Assembly: GCA_965223705.1 (NCBI GenBank)
Contig: OZ245015.1
Location: forward strand, 4,384,001-4,448,000
Source of the DNA: Myxococcota bacterium
Lineage (GTDB): Bacteria > Myxococcota_A > UBA9160 > UBA6930
Length of the DNA: 64,000 nt
Direction of reading: 5' to 3'
The notes under the pieces are model-generated. The model was not told where the DNA came from, searched no databases, and saw only the letters and a list, made by a program, of their open reading frames with translations. Within the stretch, counting starts at the first letter, position 1. Each line of letters opens with the position of its first letter. Below are positions 57,031-64,000 of this stretch, in pieces. The translations under genes were made by a program, and so were the position numbers.

Positions 57031-58107
57031 CTAGCGAGAGAGCATGCCGTCGGTGAGGGTCGCACGCGCTTCGTCGACCAGGCGCCGCACGATCTCACTC
57101 GCCGGCAGGATCCCCTCGATCGCGGCAGCTCCCTGTCCGCAGGGCATCGATCCCCAGTCCGTGTCACCGTCCCGCCGAGCGACCACGTAGACGTCCTTCG
57201 AGTGCTTCCATTGGTGCGGGAAGGGAAGGATGTCCTGAGGACGTGATTCCCAGTCCGCCGTCCACCGGTTCTTGATCGTGCGCAGGGTCTTGCCCGAATA
57301 GCATCGCGTAATCACCGTGGCGTCCTCGTCCGCCTCGACGATTTTCTGTTTGTAGTTCGGATGCCCATGGGCTTCTTCGCTCGCGACGAAGCGAGTGCCG
57401 ACCCAAACGCCCGACGCGCCGAGCGCCAGAGCGGCAGCGACTCCGGCACCGGTGGTGATCCCACCCGCGGCCAGGACAGGCTTGCCGTCGCTTGCCGCCA
57501 CGACGGCGGGAACGAGGGCGGAGGTCGCGACACGACCGGTGTGACCGCCACCTTCGGTGCCTTGCGCGATGACGATGTCCGCGCCCGCCGCGCTCACTTT
57601 GCGGGCGGCACGCGCCGTACCCACCAACGCCATGACGGTGGTTCCGCGGTCGTGGAGGTCGTCCACCCAAGGGCCGGGGTTGCCGAGTCCGGAAGCGAAT
57701 ACGGGGGGCGCTTCCTCGACTACGACTTGCATCAGCTCTTGCGGCGTGACCCGTCTCCCGTCGCGATGGATGGCGAACTCGCCATGGCCGTCCTCGTAAT
57801 CCTCGGCCGTCATCGTGGGACGCTCTCCCAGCGGCCGCGGCGGCAGCACGCCGCCGGTGATTTGAATCGGAAGGATGAGATCCACTCCGAACGGTCGATC
57901 CGTCAGGCTGCGACACTTTTCAATCTCGAAGCGCAGGCGCTCCGGCGCGAAGCCTGCGCCACCGATCACGCCGAGGCCTCCGGCGTTCGAGACCGCCGCC
58001 GCGAGCTCGGCTCGTGCGACGTAACCCATGCCAGCGGAAACGATCGGGACCTCGATTCCCAAGATGTCGCAGGCCCGAGTATGCAGTGGGTTCTCCGATG
58101 ATTTCAC
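57031..58107 (-). CDS. Nitronate monooxygenase / FabK family FMN enzyme
   Basis: AAVSNAGGLG, AQGTEGGGHTG, AAGGI, GVWVGTRF. Confidence 0.9.
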   Translation of the reverse strand: MKSSENPLHTRACDILGIEVPIVSAGMGYVARAELAAAVSNAGGLGVIGGAGFAPERLRFEIEKCRSLTDRPFGVDLILPIQITGGVLPPRPLGERPTMTAEDYEDGHGEFAIHRDGRRVTPQELMQVVVEEAPPVFASGLGNPGPWVDDLHDRGTTVMALVGTARAARKVSAAGADIVIAQGTEGGGHTGRVATSALVPAVVAASDGKPVLAAGGITTGAGVAAALALGASGVWVGTRFVASEEAHGHPNYKQKIVEADEDATVITRCYSGKTLRTIKNRWTADWESRPQDILPFPHQWKHSKDVYVVARRDGDTDWGSMPCGQGAAAIEGILPASEIVRRLVDEARATLTDGMLSR

Positions 58108-58187
58108 AGTGGCGCCCTCACGATCGCTTCAAAGCTCGCGTAAAACGAGCACACTCCTATACTCGCACGGATCGGATGGGGGATTCG

Positions 58188-58670
58188 ATGAAGACCTTTC
58201 GGAGGTCCGCGCCGCGCTGGCTCGCGGCGGTGGCACTGGCTTGCACGGTCGCCGGAGGTGGGTCCGGCTGCGTCGCCGCCGGCGCTTCGGTCGGTGCTGC
58301 GACCGCTGTCGGTACGGCGTATTTCCGCGGCGAGCATAAGTCCATTGAAGCGGCGCCCGTCTACCGGGTCTGGCTCGCGACCCTGGTCGCGCTCGACGAG
58401 CTCGGTTTGACGATCGAGCGGGAGAGTTTCCTGACCCATCGCGGCTACGCCACGGCTCGGCGCGAGGATGGCAAGGCCATCAAGATCGAAGTGCGCCGGC
58501 AAACGTCGCGGCTCACTCAGCTCCGCATCCGGGTGGGTACGTTTGGAGAAGAATCGCTCTCGCGGCTCATCGCCGATCGCGTTCATCGCGAAGTGATCGA
58601 CGCGGTTGCCGTCAGCGCCCCACCCCGTGGCGGCCGAGAAAATCTCGAATCAGCCATTGAGAGATACTGA
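58188..58670 (+). CDS. DUF3568 family lipoprotein
   Basis: Signal ending GSG|C; 'LRIRVGTFGEESLSRLI' family motif. Confidence 0.7.
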   Translation: MKTFRRSAPRWLAAVALACTVAGGGSGCVAAGASVGAATAVGTAYFRGEHKSIEAAPVYRVWLATLVALDELGLTIERESFLTHRGYATARREDGKAIKIEVRRQTSRLTQLRIRVGTFGEESLSRLIADRVHREVIDAVAVSAPPRGGRENLESAIERY

Positions 58671-59445
58671 TGTCCCCCTCGAACGTCCTCGGCATGGCGC
58701 GCGCGGAGTACCAATCTGCTTCCTCGATCTCCTCACCGTCGACCTGAATCTCACCGCCTCGATACGTCGCGCGGAAACCGAGCATCAGGCTGTTCGGGTA
58801 AGGCCAGGGCTGGCTCCCGAAGTACGTGACTTCTCCGAGAAGCACGCCCGTTTCCTCGAGCACCTCTCGATGCACGGCTTCCTCTAGGCTCTCGCCGGGT
58901 TCGACGAACCCAGCGAGGACCGACAGGATGCCCGGCGGAAAATGCGGCGACCTCGCGAGGAGGATTTCATCGTCCCGTTCGACCGCGACGATGATCGCTG
59001 GAGCTAAACGCGGGAACTGTTGGAGTCCGCAGCCTCCGCAGACCCGTGCCCGCTCCTTCGTCGCCAGGTGTGTCGCTTCGCCGCACGCCCCGCAGTGCTG
59101 GTGGTTGCGATCCCAGTCGACGACTTGAACCGCGCGGCCGGCGACGTCGTAGAGCGGACTCTGCAGGCGTTTGTATAGCGCCTGAAGGGGACGGAAGGCC
59201 ATGCCGGTCGGCGGATCGCAAGCGGGATCGAGCTCGGCGGAAAAGCAGTGGCGATCGCCGAGCATTCCCAAGTATTGAGAGCGCACCGGGGTCACACCGA
59301 ACGGTCGCGGCCCGCTCGTTTCTTCGAGGGAGTCGTCGCTCCGAACGAGCAGCTGGCGCTCGCGAAACACGAACCAATAGCCGCGACCTTCCGCTTCTCC
59401 GGGCTCGATAGCCGCAGGGATGAATGCCGAATCCTCTCCGCTCAC
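58612..59445 (-). CDS. nudC: NAD(H) diphosphatase NudC
   Basis: Zn finger CGACG/CGGCG; AGFVEPGESLEEAVHREVLEETG; SQPWPYPNSLM. Confidence 0.95.
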   Translation of the reverse strand: MSGEDSAFIPAAIEPGEAEGRGYWFVFRERQLLVRSDDSLEETSGPRPFGVTPVRSQYLGMLGDRHCFSAELDPACDPPTGMAFRPLQALYKRLQSPLYDVAGRAVQVVDWDRNHQHCGACGEATHLATKERARVCGGCGLQQFPRLAPAIIVAVERDDEILLARSPHFPPGILSVLAGFVEPGESLEEAVHREVLEETGVLLGEVTYFGSQPWPYPNSLMLGFRATYRGGEIQVDGEEIEEADWYSARAMPRTFEGDISISQWLIRDFLGRHGVGR

Positions 59446-60332
59446 GTTGTCTCCGAGATGTATTCGTGAAAGCGATCGTAACGCACCAGGGTCTCGCCCC
59501 GGTCTCCGCGCTCGAGGACGTCGACGAACCGCGCGTTCCAGACAATCGAGTGGGCCATATAGACGTGCTGCGCGTGGACGCTGGTCGCGAGCTCGTCGTC
59601 CACGCCGGTGACGCTCACGATGAGGGAGCCGTCTTCCGCTTCGATGTCCTCGGAACTCTTGCCGAAGAACGGGCTGTCGCGATCGATGTCGTGAAACGTG
59701 CTCCAGGTGTGCACGAGTAGGGGCGCGACGCTGCGGCGCAATGGGAGATCCACCAAGGTTCTTCGGGTCGCCCCCGTTTCGTCGGTCTCGCTTCGACCGT
59801 AGGTGACGCGCAGTTCGGCGTTCATGATCCGATTGGCGCGTTCGTTACCCATACGGAAGCTCAGCACGTGACCGCCCGGGTTCTTGGAAATCAGCGCCAC
59901 GTCGCTGAAGAGGATCTTCGCGGTGGGTCGCGCAAACTTCGCGAACACCAACCCGGTGGCGACCGCCGTCAAGAGGAGCGAGAGCAACATCTCCGCCGTC
60001 ACGAGAACGTGGGCGTAGGTCGTCTTGGGCGCCATGGTCCCGTAGCCGAGTGTGGAAAGCGTCTGGACGCTGAAGTTGAAGGCATCCCAGAACACGTCCG
60101 GCCGACTGCGTTCGATCGAACCCGGCTTCAGGTAGAACGCCACCGCGAAGAGCAGCGCGACCGCGATAAAGGTCGCGCTGACGACCCCGAGGAGTCTCCA
60201 CCAACTCCCGCTCACGAGCGCGTGATAGAGATCGAGCCAGAAGGGTCTTTTCAGCCCGATGCGTTGGGCGACGAAATCGCCGGTGACGGATACCGGTGCC
60301 GGATGTCGGCGGGTCTCCGGCTCTGTTCCCAA
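59442..60332 (-). CDS. Inward-rectifier K+ channel (KirBac)
   Basis: DLYHALV, FSVQTLSTLGYG filter, FAKFARP, FRMGNER, HDIDRDSP. Confidence 0.9.
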   Translation of the reverse strand: MGTEPETRRHPAPVSVTGDFVAQRIGLKRPFWLDLYHALVSGSWWRLLGVVSATFIAVALLFAVAFYLKPGSIERSRPDVFWDAFNFSVQTLSTLGYGTMAPKTTYAHVLVTAEMLLSLLLTAVATGLVFAKFARPTAKILFSDVALISKNPGGHVLSFRMGNERANRIMNAELRVTYGRSETDETGATRRTLVDLPLRRSVAPLLVHTWSTFHDIDRDSPFFGKSSEDIEAEDGSLIVSVTGVDDELATSVHAQHVYMAHSIVWNARFVDVLERGDRGETLVRYDRFHEYISETT

Positions 60333-60471
60333 AACGCCTACTCCCGAAAAACTCTTGTGAGTCTTGAGGTTACTCGAGTTTTTACGCCCCGAAGATCGCC
60401 TGACGCGAGGTTTCTGCGCTCAGGATGCACAGGCACCAGTCCGAAGAAACCCGTCGGGAGGGTACGGGAAA

Positions 60472-63400
60472 ATGGGGACTTCCGGTGGTTCGCTGCGCGC
60501 GGCGTGCGGGACAGCTGCGGCCTGGGTGCTGCGCGCGGCGTGCGCGACGGTTGCGACCTTGACGCTGCTCGCTGTGGCTCCGGCGCGTGGCGCCGTGCCC
60601 GAAACCGAGTTCTGTGCCGTGGGCGCCGGGGACTCTTTCGCCGCTGCAACCGACGGGTGGGTCGCGACGGTTTCTCGCGCTGGCGTCGTCACGACCCACG
60701 CGGTCAGCGGCCTCATCAATCCCTACGACTGCGCCGTCGACCCGTCGAACGGCGACATCATCTTCGTCGACCAAGGAGCCGGCGGTGGGGGTACGAACGG
60801 CGTCCTCTATCGACTCGACACCGCCACCACGACGCTCACCGCGCTGAGCACGAACCTCGTCAATCCGCGGGGCGTGACCGTGGTGGCCGATGGCACGATC
60901 TACGTGGCCGACGTCGGGGCGACAACGGGAGGCGCCCCGGACGGGGCGGCGTATTCGTTTTCCGGTGGCACGCTGACGCGACTCGACACGGGCGGCGTGA
61001 GGCTTCGAAACCCCGTCGATCTCGACATCGATCCCCACCCTTTCACCGCGGGGACGACCGGCATCCATGTCGTTGTCCTGGACGGCGGCGGGCGGATCGA
61101 CCGGGTACCGATCGGCGGTGGAAACGTGACGACCGTGGCTACAGCGCCCGGCGGCGGCTCCTGGCAGGGACTCGAAGTCGGGCCCTACGGCAAGTACTTC
61201 CTGTCGGATTCCAGCACGGAAGGCATGGTCCGATTCGATCGCGATACGGGGCTGCGCACGACCATCGGCCCGGGTGGTGGCGCCGCCGGTACGGCCCACT
61301 TTGCCATCGACTACGACACCGGCGACCTCTTCTATGCCGATTTCACAACCGACGATCTCGCTCGAATTTCCCCGAGCGCGAACAACGGTGGGCCGGGTGT
61401 CTCGATCTTCGCCGCCGACGCGACGTTCCCGAACAACCCCCTCGGTATGGGCTACGCACCGCGCAGAAGCGACGGTCCGAGCGCCAACTTGGGCGTTCCG
61501 ACCCGTCGCGCGCCGGCCCCGGGAACCCACTTATCGATCACGGGCCCGACCCTGTCGTCGGCGAACGGTTCGGTCGAGCACGAGCTCGACGTTTTCATCG
61601 AAGTGACCGACGCATCGAGTCCCTTGCGAATTCGCATCTTCGACGCGGACAACGGCAACGGCTACGACGCCTCGTCCGCTGGCGGGTTCAACTCTTCCTA
61701 TACGTATGAACTGACCGATCCTTCCGGGGCCGCCCTCAGCACCGTCACGCTTGCGGGAGGTACGCGACCCGACCTCGACCAGCGCATCGCCATCCTGAAC
61801 GCGGGAAACACACTCACCGTCGAAGGGCCCGGCGTGCCGATTACAGACCCGGGCTTGTATCGCCTGCGCATCACCGCCGACGCCAATGACGACTTCAACG
61901 GACTGGGCGTCTGGGTCGAGACGTTTCAGGCGTACACGTTCAACGTTCCGTTCGGCCCTCTTGAAAACTTCGCCTCGGGCGTCGCTCCGTTCCCCACGTC
62001 ACTCGATCCAGCTCGCGTCTACCCCTATTTCGATCGCGGTTGCGAATACACGACCAGCAACTTCGACATGGACCTGCGCGCCAACGCGTCGGTCGACATC
62101 ACCACGAGGCTCGGCGAGAACATAGGCCTCACGCTCTCCGGCTTTACCGTCCACGCCGAAGATACCGTCGACCCGAGCCCGGGAGCGGGTGCGCTCTCAT
62201 CGATCGAAGCGGACTACGGCCTGCATCGTCTCGAGACCACGATCTCGCCGACGGTCTTCGGAGACACGAACATCGCATCGGTCCGCGTCGCCGACTACAA
62301 CGGCTGGGTCGACGGCGGCGGTACGTCCCCTCCGTTGATCGTGCCTCCGGGCAACGCCGCGGCGAACCCGACGCCCGCGCTTCGCCAGAGCCCCGGACCG
62401 GCGTATCCCCAGGCGCCGTTCGCGGTCGGTGACAACACGTTCCTGCGGATGTATTTCCCGCGCTACACGGACGTCGTAGGGACCGTTCCGTGGGCCACCG
62501 CGGCACCGCCGCTCGCGCCCTACATGAGTCACGCGGTGACGCCGATTTCCGGCGATCCACCGACCGTCGGCATCCCTTCGTACTACCTCGTGCAAGTGAC
62601 GGTCGTAAACCCGGACCCGCAGAACGCGACCGGTGCGTTCGTACTGACGGCTCCAGTGCCCGCCCCGGCGCGGTATGTCGACAGCGGGCCGTCCATCGGC
62701 GGTGGTGCAACCGCGACGGGCGGTGCGACGGTGACGACTTGCGGCGCGCCGTGCTCCGGGAATGTCGTCGCGAACTGGGCGTCAGGCATTGCGGCTGGCA
62801 GCGCCGAAGTACTGAGTTACGTCGTCGAGATCACGCCGGGAGCTGTGGGACAGCGGGTCTATCTCACGGGTGGCCCCGAATTCCGCGGCGGTGGCGCCAC
62901 ACCCGCCGCGAACCCCGCATCTCTCGGTGGCGCCGCGCCCGGAACGGTCGCAGCGTTTCGCCCCGCGTGGAGCAGCGCCGCGTTTCCCCGAAGCGAGAGC
63001 CTCGGGCCGCTCTGCGACCTCTCGGTGGTCGAGGGAACCGTCACTCCCGTCGCGGTCGATCTCGCTTCGTTGAGCGCGACGGCCGGCGACGGCGAAGTCC
63101 TTCTCGAATGGGAAACCGCTTCGGAGTTCGAGAATCTGGGCTTTCGAATCCTGCGGCGCCTCGAAGGAGAAGGCGACTACACGCTCGTCACCGATGGGCT
63201 CATCCTCGGCCGTGGAACCACGGACCTGCGGGCGCGCTACGCCTTTCTCGATCGCACGGCCCCGAATGGCGTAGCGGCGACGTACCTACTCGAAGACATC
63301 GAACTCGACGGAGACTCGACGCCTCACGGTCCGGTCACTGCCACTCCGAACGCCGACGCGGAGACGATCGGCTTCATCTCCTCCGACTACGCCGCATCTG

Positions 63401-64000
63401 CCACCCGCACACCGGAGGATGCCGCTGGCACCAACGCGACGTCGGCTGACGGTGCCTCGTCGGCGGGTATTCGCGCGGAGTCATCGGCGGTACCCCGCTT
63501 CGTCATCACGAGCGAAACCCCGAGTGAGATCCGCGCCCGACTCACGTTGCCGGAACCCTCCGTCGAGGAGGTCACGCGGGACGGTGATCTCTACAGTGAA
63601 GTGTCCCTCGATGGGTTCGATGCCACCCTACTTCCCGGAGCGCCCGCGCTCCCGGCTCGAACGTACTGGTTGGAGACCGCGGAAGCGGCGTTTGTCGACC
63701 TGTCCTACGACGGTCTGTCCGGCGAAAGCATGGTCCTTTCGGAACCGCTGCTGCCCACACCCATTACCGCCAACGACGACGGGCGGCTGGCCTACCGATA
63801 CGAAGCGACGCACGCGGCTTACCGGGCGGAAGGCGTGTTCCCGGAAACGCCGGTGTCCATTGTCGGCACGGTGCGGCTCGCGGACGGACGGCAACTCGTC
63901 GGCGTCCGCGTCCAACCGGTGATCGCCGGATTCGAGATGGACGCGGTCACGTGGTATCGCGAAATCGATATCACGCTCGGGCTGCGTGCCGTGCAGGTGG
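60472..64000 (+). CDS. Large secreted multidomain protein (NHL-like propeller, Ig/DUF11-like, FN3-like, C25 propeptide-like); 3' truncated by window
   Basis: GGGAGG RBS and ATG at 60472; frame open to the window end (>1170 aa); NPYDCAVD and NPRGVTV repeats; PVAVDLASLSA..VLLEWETASEFENLGF; PGAPALP..YRAEGVFP..VRVQPV. Confidence 0.8.
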   Translation, partial: MGTSGGSLRAACGTAAAWVLRAACATVATLTLLAVAPARGAVPETEFCAVGAGDSFAAATDGWVATVSRAGVVTTHAVSGLINPYDCAVDPSNGDIIFVDQGAGGGGTNGVLYRLDTATTTLTALSTNLVNPRGVTVVADGTIYVADVGATTGGAPDGAAYSFSGGTLTRLDTGGVRLRNPVDLDIDPHPFTAGTTGIHVVVLDGGGRIDRVPIGGGNVTTVATAPGGGSWQGLEVGPYGKYFLSDSSTEGMVRFDRDTGLRTTIGPGGGAAGTAHFAIDYDTGDLFYADFTTDDLARISPSANNGGPGVSIFAADATFPNNPLGMGYAPRRSDGPSANLGVPTRRAPAPGTHLSITGPTLSSANGSVEHELDVFIEVTDASSPLRIRIFDADNGNGYDASSAGGFNSSYTYELTDPSGAALSTVTLAGGTRPDLDQRIAILNAGNTLTVEGPGVPITDPGLYRLRITADANDDFNGLGVWVETFQAYTFNVPFGPLENFASGVAPFPTSLDPARVYPYFDRGCEYTTSNFDMDLRANASVDITTRLGENIGLTLSGFTVHAEDTVDPSPGAGALSSIEADYGLHRLETTISPTVFGDTNIASVRVADYNGWVDGGGTSPPLIVPPGNAAANPTPALRQSPGPAYPQAPFAVGDNTFLRMYFPRYTDVVGTVPWATAAPPLAPYMSHAVTPISGDPPTVGIPSYYLVQVTVVNPDPQNATGAFVLTAPVPAPARYVDSGPSIGGGATATGGATVTTCGAPCSGNVVANWASGIAAGSAEVLSYVVEITPGAVGQRVYLTGGPEFRGGGATPAANPASLGGAAPGTVAAFRPAWSSAAFPRSESLGPLCDLSVVEGTVTPVAVDLASLSATAGDGEVLLEWETASEFENLGFRILRRLEGEGDYTLVTDGLILGRGTTDLRARYAFLDRTAPNGVAATYLLEDIELDGDSTPHGPVTATPNADAETIGFISSDYAASATRTPEDAAGTNATSADGASSAGIRAESSAVPRFVITSETPSEIRARLTLPEPSVEEVTRDGDLYSEVSLDGFDATLLPGAPALPARTYWLETAEAAFVDLSYDGLSGESMVLSEPLLPTPITANDDGRLAYRYEATHAAYRAEGVFPETPVSIVGTVRLADGRQLVGVRVQPVIAGFEMDAVTWYREIDITLGLRAVQV

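Noticed and set aside
60492..60544. 17-bp direct repeat (LRAAC x2) in the signal-peptide region
   Set aside because: Minor in-frame duplication with no evident function

Overview
A GC-rich, gene-dense bacterial chromosome segment. The gene content suggests a Myxococcota/Binatota-like deltaproteobacterium, but that is inference only. It carries about 58 CDS, 3 tRNAs (Arg-UCU, His-GUG, Arg-UCG), a complete Na+-NQR operon (nqrABCDEF-apbE-nqrM), a 9-gene MSHA-like/T2SS-like filament operon, many flavin oxygenases, and a >1170-aa secreted gingipain(C25)-like protein that runs off the right edge. I found no integrase, transposase, prophage or CRISPR array. The strongest finding is missing from the ORF track: a 170-aa peroxiredoxin-like (AhpC/TSA) gene at 13671..14183 whose redox motif reads TGG-TGA-CCC-AAG-TGA (W-U-P-K-U). 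This is a double-selenocysteine UxxU motif, followed by a SECIS-like hairpin. The gene precedes a GFA/Mss4-like Zn protein and a cytoplasmic BisC-type Mo S-oxide reductase. It is divergent from an SDR / SCP2 / linalool-dehydratase-like / sterol-desaturase / PAS-kinase gene run. Other oddities: a 33-bp tandem repeat that multiplies the TTGACA -35 box of the tRNA-His promoter, two pseudogenes, a shikimate-kinase-like protein lacking the P-loop Lys, an atypical PQQ enzyme, a His/Arg/Tyr-rich secreted peptide, and several apparently leaderless genes.
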